A stretch of DNA of 64,000 bases from a virus (lineage: Duplodnaviria; Caudoviricetes): positions 1 through 64,000 of IMG/VR virus record IMGVR_UViG_2687453538_000001. One strand, 5' to 3'. Below are positions 1 to 8,811 of the stretch, piece after piece (within the stretch, counting starts at the first letter, position 1; the number at the start of each line of letters is the position of its first letter). The position numbers and the translations under genes were made by a program. The notes beneath the pieces are model-generated. The model made no database searches. It was given only the letters and a program-made list of their open reading frames with translations, and was not told where the DNA came from.

Positions 1-255
1 TCACTCCGCTTCACGCTCAGCATGAGCCCATAGTCTGGCCGCCTCGGCGAGCTCCAGCATCTCGGCCAGCGCCCCAGCACCAATGTCCTGTCGGCGATGA
101 GCGGAAATGGCCATTTCCGTCATCACTGCAGAGCGCCCCTCTGGATCGGAGATCATCGCCATCTGGTCGTTGAGCTCATCCATCCATGGCTGCGGGATGC
201 CCTCCGCGCTACTGCGCACGACACCACCATGATTGCGCATAGAGCACACCATCAC
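1..255 (-). CDS. Small hypothetical phage protein, homolog of 3566-3820 (start uncertain, abuts a deletion junction)
   Basis: Near-identical protein (GIPQPW..ELNDQMAMI..AEAARLWAHAEREAE) to ORF 3566..3820. Confidence 0.55.
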   Translation of the reverse strand: MMVCSMRNHGGVVRSSAEGIPQPWMDELNDQMAMISDPEGRSAVMTEMAISAHRRQDIGAGALAEMLELAEAARLWAHAEREAE

Positions 256-319
256 CATTTCCACCGCACTCGTCATCGAGCTGCGCAAGGCATTGGAAAG
301 TGCAAAACCGAGATAACCC

Positions 320-622
320 ATGGACACGATCACAAGCGGCTCTTGGATGGGCTACCTTGGGCGCAGTCTTGCGCCCCGCGAGCTGGAGTGTGTTCTCGAT
401 GTTGCTCAGGGCATGACCTCGAAGCAGATCGTACGGCACTACTGCATCAGCCAGAGCGGTGTCGAGAAGCGCATTGCCGCCGCTATGTTCAAGCTTGAGG
501 TGCCGCGCCGGGCCGCCACCGACGACAGCGGCCCCATGCGCCGCGATCGACGAGTACCAGACCGCCGGATCGCACAGGTCCGCGTCCTACGCAAAGCCAA
601 GTCATTCGACTACCACGCCTGA
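320..622 (+). pseudogene. LuxR-type HTH phage regulator with in-frame internal deletion
   Basis: Matches 48031..48414 but lacks 27 aa (100 vs 127 aa). Confidence 0.7.
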
Positions 623-641
623 TTCCCACGAGGAACACCCC

Positions 642-911
642 ATGCAGACAGGAATGCACCCCGCTTTCGCGGAGAAATGCGCCCTGCTCGCGGCTCTGCT
701 CGAGCGCAGCCAAATGGTACGCGAAGAGGCTCTCGCCAAGGTCGCCCAAGGGAGTCCGCGCTACCAGGCATCTGATCATGGCGGCACCTGGGATGTGGTT
801 GAGATCGTCACCGGCGCCGTGCAAGGCTTCGCCTACAGTTACAAGGCGGGGATGCGCTTTGTCGATGCCTGCGAGGCTGGGGCGGCAAGCAAGGCAGGCA
901 CGCGGCAATGA
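642..911 (+). CDS. Hypothetical phage early protein
   Basis: GAGGA RBS; C-terminal half similar to 48435..48701. Confidence 0.6.
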   Translation: MQTGMHPAFAEKCALLAALLERSQMVREEALAKVAQGSPRYQASDHGGTWDVVEIVTGAVQGFAYSYKAGMRFVDACEAGAASKAGTRQ

Positions 912-1002
912 GCACGCGCAAACCCCAGAACATGCGGGCACGCCTGGAGCGGACGTGCCGGACCCTGGTCTCGGACAATCACGCCGCCGTGGTCAACATC
1001 GA
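908..1002 (+). pseudogene. Truncated homolog of 48698..49156
   Basis: DNA matches 48698-48792, then jumps to sequence matching ~49150. Confidence 0.7.
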
Positions 1003-1050
1003 GCATGAAACGCATCGCCGCCCACGTCCGGCAGAGCGCGAGCGACTCCA

Positions 1051-1518
1051 CTAATCCAGTGCCCCATTCAGCACCTCGTAGATTATGCCGGTAGCAATCG
1101 CAACGAGAATTAAGTCAGTTCCGACCTGTTGCCACTCATAGCCATCGTAGCGAGGAAGATGGCCCAGAAGTCTCCCATCGAGCTTTTTCGCGATGCCAGG
1201 AGGGAGCGGTTTTCCTCGTGCCAAATTCTTCTGAATACCAGGCGGCAGTGCTGGTCCTGGACTCCAGTAATTGTGGTAACTGTTTAGTACGTTTAGGACG
1301 CTGCTTCGATCAACTCTCGGTCCGTCATCCCAGTCATTGTGCCCTGAACCCTTTCCCTTCGACCCGCCGCCCGCAGCTTCATGGCCTTGAATATTCTGGA
1401 AGTTACCCTTTCCATGGCCCTGCCCTTTTCCATTGCCGGGATCAGCCGCGGCACTTATTGAGCCCGTAACTAGGGCGGCACTAGCGAGCAATGAGATTAA
1501 AGTTTTTGATGTGAGCAT
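1051..1518 (-). CDS. CigR/RcnB-like exported or membrane protein
   Basis: Signal peptide, Gly/Lys-rich linker, PPGIQKNLARGKPLPPGIAKK motif. Confidence 0.75.
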   Translation of the reverse strand: MLTSKTLISLLASAALVTGSISAAADPGNGKGQGHGKGNFQNIQGHEAAGGGSKGKGSGHNDWDDGPRVDRSSVLNVLNSYHNYWSPGPALPPGIQKNLARGKPLPPGIAKKLDGRLLGHLPRYDGYEWQQVGTDLILVAIATGIIYEVLNGALD

Positions 1519-1638
1519 GTCCGTTCTCTCATTAAGGGTAGCCCCTCCAATGTAGACGACGTTGCCCCACTAAGTGCATTCAACATCATTACTCCTTCAG
1601 CACGGAGGGTGATGCAGTCAACCCTAGAGGTATCGGCC

Positions 1639-2002
1639 ATGACCGAGCAGAAGACGGGAGCCGCAAAGCACTCAGCGGACTACCGCGATCGTCAGAAGAA
1701 GCAGGCCGCGAAGCTGGGGCATCGAGAAGGTGTTCTTCAAAATGCCGGAAGGGATCAAGGCCGCCATGGCTGCCGAGATCGAGCGCCACGGCTACGATCA
1801 GGTGCAGGAGCTATGGCAGGACTTGGCCCTGTCATGGATTGCCCAGGATCCGGAAGAGCGGGCGCGTCGCCTTGAACGTCCTGACGCGCCAGCTTTTTAC
1901 ATCTCGCCAAAGCTAGCGCGTCAGTTTGAAGAAGCGAGTGTTGCCGAACTGCGGCGCGACCCAGGGACTGAGAACAATCTCTCAGGAATGAAAAAGGGCT
2001 GA
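1639..2002 (+). pseudogene. Frameshifted phage hypothetical (ribbon-helix-helix-like)
   Basis: ORFs 1609..1875 and 1730..2002 join across a G-run near 1716-1719. Confidence 0.55.
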
Positions 2003-2057
2003 ACGAGTCAGCCCTTCTGAATAGTGGTGCGGGGCCCGGTTGCCCGGCGGCTATCTA

Positions 2058-2276
2058 TCAAGCACAACGCTCAATCCCCAACAGTTCTCTGCTATTTGCA
2101 TGGTCCCGCAGCACAGCCCCAGCACAGATCATCATTGGTAGTACTGCCATAAGAACCCCCCAGTAAGCATTGTCATTGATGAAAACAAACAAAGTTACGA
2201 GGCCAGACAGAACAGATAAAACATCGATGGACTTCACGTTGTAAACAGCTTGCATCGACTCGATTGGGTCAAACAA
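2058..2276 (-). CDS. Small membrane protein
   Basis: 72 aa with two hydrophobic segments. Confidence 0.45.
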   Translation of the reverse strand: MFDPIESMQAVYNVKSIDVLSVLSGLVTLFVFINDNAYWGVLMAVLPMMICAGAVLRDHANSRELLGIERCA

Positions 2277-2547
2277 CGACCACGTGATCGAAGATTACCA
2301 CTCAACCCGCACCTGAGGCAATAGGCTACTACCTTGCCTCCGGCGCTGCCCGCCAGCGCCTTCCCCTATGCAAGCTTTACTGCCAACTGAAGGGAAACTG
2401 CAATAGCGGCAGCCATTGCGGCGGCGCTATTCCACCGAGCTTGAGCGCGTAGTGTCTTGATGAGATCGGAGTTGTTGAAAACTATACCTTTCCAGTAATC
2501 ACCATCGCACTGGAGCTTGGGCGCTGGATTGATGAGAGGTATCAGCT

Positions 2548-2796
2548 GTGAGCGAATTCACGGATACACAACGCTTGGATTTCATGCTCGGCAATTTCCG
2601 AAAGGTGGTGGTAGAGGTTCTGCCATTCGGGGGTCGAGATGTTTACGTGGGAGAAGGCTTCATGGGGACAAAAACCTATGGGGCAGTTCGCCTCACCAAT
2701 CCTTCCGATCAGGAGGAAGAACAGGCGAAAAGGATGGCAATCGATCTAGCTCTGCAGGTGCAACCATGGCCTGCCAGCGCCCAGCCGACACGCTGA
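2548..2796 (+). CDS. Hypothetical phage protein, 3' end fused to integrase remnant
   Basis: GAGAGG RBS in the same context as 53369; DTQRLDF motif common in small phage proteins. Confidence 0.5.
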   Translation: MSEFTDTQRLDFMLGNFRKVVVEVLPFGGRDVYVGEGFMGTKTYGAVRLTNPSDQEEEQAKRMAIDLALQVQPWPASAQPTR

Positions 2797-3239
2797 AGTT
2801 CAGCAGTGTCGACCTCGACGAGGACTACCTGTGGGTCGACCAGAACAAGACAGATAAGAAGTTGCGCATACGACGGCACGTCAATGGCGTACTGACCGGC
2901 CTAGGCCTATTCATCGAGGCGCTGCTTGAGCGGCGCAAGCTTCAGGGCGTGCGCAATTCACGCCTGATCACCAACGACGCCGGCCTGCGGATGAGCTGGG
3001 AGATGCTGAGGAATCGCTTCGGTGAGGCGCGGGACAAGGCCGCTCGGAAGCTGATCGCCGACGGCAACACTGACCTGGCCGCCAAAGTTCGGCAGTTCCA
3101 GTTCCGCGATATCCACCCGAAGGCCGCTTCGGAGATCGAGGATATCAGTCACGCCAGCCGCCTGCGGGGTCACTCGAAAGAGGAAATAACCAAGCGGGTC
3201 TATCGCCGAGTTGGCGAGGTTGTGAGCCCAACAAAATAG
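2775..3239 (+). pseudogene. Tyrosine integrase C-terminal fragment
   Basis: QRPAD..FQFRDIHPKAASEI..RLRGHSKEEITKRVYRR aligns with 54763..55812; N-terminus missing; RDIR changed to RDIH. Confidence 0.9.
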
Positions 3240-3244
3240 ATAGG

Positions 3245-3277
3245 GTTGCGGAACACATGCCAAATGTTGCGGAACAC
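3245..3277. repeat. Putative integrase arm-type sites of element 1
   Basis: GTTGCGGAACAC direct repeat at 3245-3256 and 3266-3277 between int and att core. Confidence 0.65.
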
Positions 3278-3299
3278 TTTGGCTTTTTCGAGCCATAAA

Positions 3300-3333
3300 T
3301 AAAAACCCCGCAGACGTTGATCTGCGGGGTTTT
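3300..3333 (-). terminator. Intrinsic terminator downstream of tRNA-Cys 3' fragment
   Basis: AAAACCCCGCAGA-loop-TCTGCGGGGTTTT hairpin. Confidence 0.85.
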
Positions 3334-3340
3334 CGAAGAG

Positions 3341-3384
3341 TGGAGGCCGAGGTCGGAATCGAACCGGCGTAGACGGATTTGCAA
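3341..3384 (-). repeat. att core: 3' half of tRNA-Cys(GCA), junction of elements 1 and 2
   Basis: Reverse complement reads TTGCAAATCCGTCTACGCCGGTTCGATTCCGACCTCGGCCTCCA (anticodon loop, T-arm, CCA); identical at 55914-55957. Confidence 0.93.
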
Positions 3385-3429
3385 ACCGATCCAAGAATTC
3401 CCGCCCTGCAATGGTTGCGAGGCTATATC

Positions 3430-3502
3430 AGTTCCAAAACTAAAGAGATCTTAACGGCCTGCACGCCGCATTCTACAAGGGTCACCTTTTTAGTTTTGGA
3501 AC
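3430..3502. repeat. Putative arm-type sites, left end of element 2
   Basis: AGTTCCAAAACT (3430-3441) and AGTTTTGGAAC (3492-3502) match AGTTTTGGGACT x2 at 55816-55849. Confidence 0.7.
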
Positions 3503-3565
3503 CGTTTTTCACCCTTTCCTTTGGCGTTCTGCCACCCCGGTCAGCCGTCCTGGCTGGCGTCACTC

Positions 3566-3820
3566 TCACTCCGCTTCACGCTCAGCATGAGCCCATAGCC
3601 TGGCCGCCTCGGCGAGCTCCAGCATCTCGGCCAGCGCTCCAGCATCAACGTCCTGTCGGCGATGAGCGTAAACAGCCATTTCCGCCATCACGGCAGAGCG
3701 CCCGTCTGGATCGGTGATCATCGCCATCTGGTCGTTGAGCTCGACCATCCAGGGCTGCGGTATGCCCGCCGCGCTACTGTGCACGACACCACCAGGATTG
3801 CGCATAGAGTACACCGTCAA
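3566..3820 (-). CDS. Small hypothetical protein (start uncertain)
   Basis: Conserved with 1..255; overlaps the upstream gene 3774..4067. Confidence 0.6.
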   Translation of the reverse strand: MTVYSMRNPGGVVHSSAAGIPQPWMVELNDQMAMITDPDGRSAVMAEMAVYAHRRQDVDAGALAEMLELAEAARLWAHAEREAE

Positions 3821-4067
3821 CCTCCTCCACCCCGGTGATGTTCATTCCGCCCTGGGCCATTCCCGTAACGCGTGCGTCGTGTAGCCGCGGAATCACGTCT
3901 GGACCTGGGGTCGGATTGAACACCCAGGCGCCCAGGCACTGCCGACCGAGCACTGAACTGTGCCCGTACTCAATATGAACGTCAGCCCGCAGCGGCTGGA
4001 TCTTCGTGAGCTGTCCACTGGGGATCGCAACGCCGCGCACTCGGCGGCGAACAAGGAGGAAGTACAT
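3774..4067 (-). CDS. Putative SOS-regulated hypothetical phage protein
   Basis: MYFLLVRRR..YAQSWWC; LexA box directly upstream. Confidence 0.7.
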   Translation of the reverse strand: MYFLLVRRRVRGVAIPSGQLTKIQPLRADVHIEYGHSSVLGRQCLGAWVFNPTPGPDVIPRLHDARVTGMAQGGMNITGVEEVDGVLYAQSWWCRAQ

Positions 4068-4079
4068 ACGGCACCAATA

Positions 4080-4095
4080 CTGTATATCGATACAG
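4080..4095. promoter_or_regulatory. LexA (SOS) box
   Basis: CTGTATATCGATACAG fits CTGT-N8-ACAG, between divergent genes. Confidence 0.85.
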
Positions 4096-4174
4096 TATTT
4101 GAGCATTGCACGCGCAGCCCGCGCCAGTACCGCCTGGCGGGCTATGCTTTGTGCTCGAGCAGGAGGGACGGGAA

Positions 4175-4837
4175 ATGTGTGGACGGCTGACCCAGTACCG
4201 GGGCATTCACGACTTCGTTGAGGTGCTGAGCATGCCGGAGGTGTGGAGGAACAACGTCGGTGACCAGGCGCTGCAGCGGTACAACATTGCGCCTACTACG
4301 CCCGTTGCTGTGCTGCGCTTTGATGAGGGAGGGCCGCGGGCGGACCTGGTGAGGTGGGGGTGGCGGCCGCACTGGGCAACCGATCGCGCCGCGCCGATCA
4401 ATGCCCGCGTCGAGAAGGTCGCTCACGGCCCGTTCTTCCGGGCCATCTGGCCGCATCGGGCTATTACGCCTATCGACGGCTGGTACGAGTGGGTTGATGA
4501 GGGTGGGCCGAAGAAACAGCCCTATTACATCCGGCGGCGGGACGGCCAGCCGGCGCTATGCGCCAGCATCGGTCAATTCACCGGCAACGAGCACGACGGT
4601 TTCGTCATCATCACGGCCGACGCCCAGGGCGGGCTTGTGGACGTGCACGACCGCCGGCCAGTGGTGCTTGAGCCGGAACTGGCTCGAGAGTGGATTGCAG
4701 CAGGCATGCCAAGCGAGCACGCAGAACAGATGGTGCTGAACCTGGGTGAACCAGCCGAGGCATTCGAGTGGTACAAGGTCAGCACAGCCGTAGGGAACGT
4801 GCGGAACCAAGGGCCTGAGCTGATATCGCCTCAGTGA
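4175..4837 (+). CDS. SRAP/YedK/HMCES family abasic-site processing protein
   Basis: N-terminal MCGR, RYNIAP, INARVE, GWYEW, VHDRRPV motifs. Confidence 0.92.
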   Translation: MCGRLTQYRGIHDFVEVLSMPEVWRNNVGDQALQRYNIAPTTPVAVLRFDEGGPRADLVRWGWRPHWATDRAAPINARVEKVAHGPFFRAIWPHRAITPIDGWYEWVDEGGPKKQPYYIRRRDGQPALCASIGQFTGNEHDGFVIITADAQGGLVDVHDRRPVVLEPELAREWIAAGMPSEHAEQMVLNLGEPAEAFEWYKVSTAVGNVRNQGPELISPQ

Positions 4838-5049
4838 CGACTCAGCGGCGCTCGCCCCATGGCATCTGAGTGGTACTGATGGGCCGCCTTGATCTGCGAT
4901 TCCAAGATCAGCCGCAAGCGCTCCACTTCCTGCGCAGGCAATCCAGCCTCTTGTGCCTCAAGATGGCGCCTCATAGCCTCCTCAACATCCTTGTAGACCT
5001 GATGGTCTGGCATCACGATTTCGCGCTTGTCCTTCATGCTCGCCTCCAT
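4831..5049 (-). CDS. Small helical hypothetical protein
   Basis: Similar to adjacent 5055..5288. Confidence 0.6.
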   Translation of the reverse strand: MEASMKDKREIVMPDHQVYKDVEEAMRRHLEAQEAGLPAQEVERLRLILESQIKAAHQYHSDAMGRAPLSRH

Positions 5050-5054
5050 GGCGA

Positions 5055-5288
5055 TCAGTGAATGATATGAGGTGCCTTGCCGGTAGCGATGAGCTGATAC
5101 TCGGTCACCTGGCGGTAAAGCCGATCGGCCAATACTCGGTGCCGCTCGACATCCTCGGGGGACTCACCATCAGCCACGGCCTGCTGCAGGCGTCGATTGG
5201 CATCAAGCGCCTGACGAAGTAACTCCTCACCTGCAGCAACCATTCCTTCGAGCGTACGTTTCACCGATACATCCCAGTTGTCGAACAT
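5055..5288 (-). CDS. Small helical hypothetical protein (start may be downstream)
   Basis: Similar to adjacent 4831..5049. Confidence 0.6.
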   Translation of the reverse strand: MFDNWDVSVKRTLEGMVAAGEELLRQALDANRRLQQAVADGESPEDVERHRVLADRLYRQVTEYQLIATGKAPHIIH

Positions 5289-5429
5289 ACAATTGTAGAT
5301 GGCATAAGCGTGACGTTATCCTCCTGCCGTACCCCTGCCCCCCAAAATCAGCCCAAAAGAAGGCAGGGCTATGGGCTGCACGCTGCTCCATGGCCCGTAT
5401 AATGCGCCGCTCATATATTCGGGAAATGA

Positions 5430-6449
5430 GTGAAAATGGGAATACCACCACTCTATCAGGTAGGGGCCCTAGCGCGCCGTTGCAAGGTAACCATTAGAAC
5501 CCTCCATCACTATGATGAAATAGGCCTCATCAAGCCAGCTGCACGCACGCAGGCGGGGTATCGTCTCTACGCCGAGTCCGCGGTTGAGCAAATAAACGCA
5601 ATCCAAACACTCCAAGAGACAGGACTGTCGCTGGAGAGCATTAAGCGCCTCCTGACCACTCCTAGCCAGCAGAGCATAGAAGCCATTTCAATCCAGCTCT
5701 CTCGGATCGATGAAGATATGGCGCTGATGAAACAGCGCAAAGCGAAGCTGTCTGTCCTTGCCGCTGGGCTGACCGCCGGCATAGTCAATGATCGCTTCCC
5801 CTGGCCCAACGCCGTAACACTACTTGAACACTATCGCAAAGCGTTCACGGAAGCTGAGCTACTGAAAATTCTTGGGCGCTGGGCTCTTGCTCGAAATCTG
5901 TTCGAACGCCTGATAGAAGAACTCCAGGCGGTAATGGCAGAGGGTTTGGACTACCACAAGCCGAAGGTCCAGCGTTTGGCCGCACGCTGGATGGATGCAG
6001 CAATGCTATGGATGGATGGAGACATTGAGGTAGCAAGAAGATGGAGCAATCTGCATGAAAAAGACCATGGTCAGCGTGACCACGTCGGACTGGACACTAG
6101 CCTGCTTGCCTACATCACTCCGGCCATAGAGTTGCGCATGGATGCATTGCGACGTCATCTGACCGAGGAAGACATCCTTAGCCTGGATAAAAGACTTGCC
6201 AGGGAGTGGAGTGAATTCGGCCGCCGCGCCGACCAATTGCTCAAGGCCGGCGACTCAGTGAGTCCGCTGGAAATCGACAGCCTGATAACGCAATACCATT
6301 CGCTTGTAGACAAGATGACCAGAGGCAATTGCGCGCTCGCCAGAAAGCTCCAGATGGCCTATCGCTGTGAGCCTATCTTGCAGATCGGGCATCCGGTTCC
6401 TGCACGCGTTCGAGAATGGCTTGCAAAGCACCTTCAGAAACAGGCTTGA
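5430..6449 (+). CDS. MerR-family regulator with long TipAS-like C-terminal region
   Basis: VTIRTLHHYDEIGLIKP..GYRLY MerR HTH; helical C-terminal repeats. Confidence 0.88.
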   Translation: MKMGIPPLYQVGALARRCKVTIRTLHHYDEIGLIKPAARTQAGYRLYAESAVEQINAIQTLQETGLSLESIKRLLTTPSQQSIEAISIQLSRIDEDMALMKQRKAKLSVLAAGLTAGIVNDRFPWPNAVTLLEHYRKAFTEAELLKILGRWALARNLFERLIEELQAVMAEGLDYHKPKVQRLAARWMDAAMLWMDGDIEVARRWSNLHEKDHGQRDHVGLDTSLLAYITPAIELRMDALRRHLTEEDILSLDKRLAREWSEFGRRADQLLKAGDSVSPLEIDSLITQYHSLVDKMTRGNCALARKLQMAYRCEPILQIGHPVPARVREWLAKHLQKQA

Positions 6450-6477
6450 CCCTCACGCTAAGGGGAGGCTTTACAGT
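6446..6477 (+). promoter_or_regulatory. MerR-type promoter with operator
   Basis: TTGACC, 20-nt spacer containing CCTC..GAGG dyad, TACAGT. Confidence 0.7.
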
Positions 6478-6507
6478 GCCGGCGAAACCATTCACCGGAG
6501 CACTACT

Positions 6508-7368
6508 GTGACCTCGCAAGATATCCCCAACCGCCCCTCCTCAGCGCTACGTGTGGCAATGGCGCGTGCCGTCCATCAATTACTGGACGACCCGGTCGTT
6601 TTTGACGATCCATACGCGCTCGAGGTGTTGCCCTCACCCGTCCAAAGCATGCTGCAAAAAGATCCGTTTCAGTTCAATGAGCCCGTGATGCGCTCTTTGC
6701 GGGCAGCCGTTGTTGCACGCAGCCGCTACAGCGAAGACTTGCTGTTGAACTCCAGGAACATGGATCTACGCCAATATGTGATTCTTGGGGCTGGACTCGA
6801 CACCTATGCGCTACGTAACGAGGACGAGAGCCTGGTTGTATTCGAGGTAGACCTCCACACTACCCAAGAGCAAAAGAGAAAAGCGATAGGTGGATTAAGT
6901 TCGGGCGCCAATTCGGTACGCTATGTTCCATGTGACCTGCGCAAAGACGCGTTGCTACCACGCCTGGTCGAGAACGGACTGGAAGCACAACAACCTGTCT
7001 TTGTTGCATGGCTTGGCGTGACCCCTTACCTCACGAGAGAACAGATCGTCGAAACGCTAAAGTCGCTGGCCCACTTGCCGGAGGGAAGCCAAATAGTTTT
7101 CGATTATCGGGTCTCACCGGAGCGGCTTCCTCCAATTGAACGAGCAATTGAAAGTCATGCTGCGAATCTGTTTGCTCAGATGGGAGAACCATGGCTCTCA
7201 AGCTTTGACCCAGAGGAAATGAGCGCGCTACTCAGTTCGATCGGTTTTACCTTACGAGAAAATCTAGACGCTAGCGCAATCAATCACCGATATTTCGCAC
7301 GCCGTAAAGACGGTCTACAGGCGACCGGCGCGGGTTTCCGTCTGCTCCACGCAGTGCGCAACTGCTAA
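6508..7368 (+). CDS. Class I SAM-dependent methyltransferase (LCM family)
   Basis: SALRVAMARA, FDDPYA, QYVILGAGLDT, VFEVD, WLGVTPYL motifs. Confidence 0.9.
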   Translation: MTSQDIPNRPSSALRVAMARAVHQLLDDPVVFDDPYALEVLPSPVQSMLQKDPFQFNEPVMRSLRAAVVARSRYSEDLLLNSRNMDLRQYVILGAGLDTYALRNEDESLVVFEVDLHTTQEQKRKAIGGLSSGANSVRYVPCDLRKDALLPRLVENGLEAQQPVFVAWLGVTPYLTREQIVETLKSLAHLPEGSQIVFDYRVSPERLPPIERAIESHAANLFAQMGEPWLSSFDPEEMSALLSSIGFTLRENLDASAINHRYFARRKDGLQATGAGFRLLHAVRNC

Positions 7369-7546
7369 ACCGTAAATAGAAACTAACTGCTCACCTCTTC
7401 GGATCTTGACTGTCGTTTACCGCGTTTTGGTAATGAAACCATAGATCAACGGCTTCGCTTCACTTGTTCGGCGCCCAGCCACAACGCACTCGAGTATTCC
7501 TTTTCAAGCATCGTATAGCCTGCGACTGGAGGCTATACGTGCCTCT

Positions 7547-8074
7547 TCAAAACTCTTCGCCTGCTCTCCAAACCATCGCACATCTGCTTCCCGCGGGAAA
7601 TCCGTGTTCATACTCTTCACTCAACAGTGTTGACAGCCTTTCATCGACCTGCTGCTCGGACTCAATCTGAAAACCGAGACGAGAGTAGAATGGAGCATTC
7701 CACGGTACGTGTCTGAAGGTCGTAAGAGTCACCGCACGCAACCCCTTCAACCCAACAAATTCCTGCACTACCTGTACGAGTTTTCGCCCTATCCCCTGTC
7801 CCTGCATGGTCTGGCGGACGGAAAGCTCATGGACGTGAAGGTCTCTACCGTAAAGATCAGCACTGAGAAAGCCCTGCGGGCGATTATCGGCATCAATAGC
7901 CACCCAGCACATCGAGCGTTTGATAAGCTCAAGATGTCGTTCAACGGGTATAGGGGGAGAATCAGCGAGCCAGCTTAACCCCTTGAAAACACGAAACGCT
8001 TGCGCAGCAGAACTCTCAATTGGCGGTAAGAGGCGTGCATCTTCGGGCACAGCAAAGCGGACAGTAGTGGACAT
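7547..8074 (-). CDS. GNAT family N-acetyltransferase
   Basis: ELSV..QGQGIGRKL acetyl-CoA motif; TFRHVPWNAPFYSRLGF. Confidence 0.9.
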   Translation of the reverse strand: MSTTVRFAVPEDARLLPPIESSAAQAFRVFKGLSWLADSPPIPVERHLELIKRSMCWVAIDADNRPQGFLSADLYGRDLHVHELSVRQTMQGQGIGRKLVQVVQEFVGLKGLRAVTLTTFRHVPWNAPFYSRLGFQIESEQQVDERLSTLLSEEYEHGFPAGSRCAMVWRAGEEF

Positions 8075-8359
8075 ATCTACGAGTACTTCCGAAAACAGGA
8101 TTGCAGAATGGATGGCAAATTATCGCATTACCAAGCGATCCAGGCCTGCGAATGGTCAGGTGGCTAGCATAATTTCAAACGCCCCTCAATTCCAATCCAG
8201 TTACTCCCCTGATTCACAAAGACGAGAACGATATCCAAGCTAAACCAAATGAATGTGGCGCCGTTAGTGCGCAGTCGCATGTCATCATACAGACTAAACT
8301 TGCATTATCCTCTCTTGAGTCTATTCTCACGACATAGCACTCTCTTGCCGGAGATAGAC

Positions 8360-8800
8360 ATGCATTCAAGATCATCTTGGGTAATTTATTTCAGCCTTTG
8401 CTTCGCGCATCCGATGCAAGCGATGGCGGAGTACGACAAGTCCAAATTAATCGATGCCATGGTTCCTTACGTAGCCATCAACGATGTGATGGAAAAGATA
8501 TCACGGAGACAATGCAGCTCTGCCGTACACTTTGAGAACACCGCCAGAGGGGCCATTCAGGAGACCACAGCACGGTTTAAGAGTCAGGATCAAGACTGGG
8601 TCAGATCCTACTTCTCCAGCCCTAACGGTAAAGCAAGGCTCGCAACCAACGATACGTATATCGAACGCTTCTTATCAGATGCAAAAAAAGAAGGCATGGA
8701 TGAACATACCGCCTGCGCGACCCTAGCTGGTATGGTGCTGACGCTGCACCACCAAGCTAAAGAGGCTTGGGTAAGAGCGGTCATGGATCACAGCCGGTAG
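8360..8800 (+). CDS. Hypothetical exported protein (moron)
   Basis: GGAGA RBS; signal-like N-terminus ending AMA; opposite strand to late genes. Confidence 0.55.
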   Translation: MHSRSSWVIYFSLCFAHPMQAMAEYDKSKLIDAMVPYVAINDVMEKISRRQCSSAVHFENTARGAIQETTARFKSQDQDWVRSYFSSPNGKARLATNDTYIERFLSDAKKEGMDEHTACATLAGMVLTLHHQAKEAWVRAVMDHSR

Positions 8801-8811
8801 ACTCTTAAGCA

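Larger units (their letters stand above)
1..3384. mobile_element. Degenerate prophage remnant (element 1), left end outside window
   Basis: Segments homologous to 3566-3820, 47963-48790, 49150 and 53345-53371 of the neighbouring prophage are joined directly; ends in a truncated integrase and a tRNA-Cys att core. Confidence 0.85.

Noticed and set aside
1-1000. Duplication as an assembly artefact
   Set aside because: The copies differ by many substitutions from 3566-3820 and 47963-48790, so they belong to a related but distinct element.
2517-3239. 240-aa intact integrase
   Set aside because: The N-terminal part is out-of-frame sequence from another gene; only the C-terminal fragment is integrase, with altered motifs.
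3341-3384. Functional tRNA-Cys gene
   Set aside because: Only the 3' half is present; no D-arm or 5' acceptor strand. It is an att duplicate.
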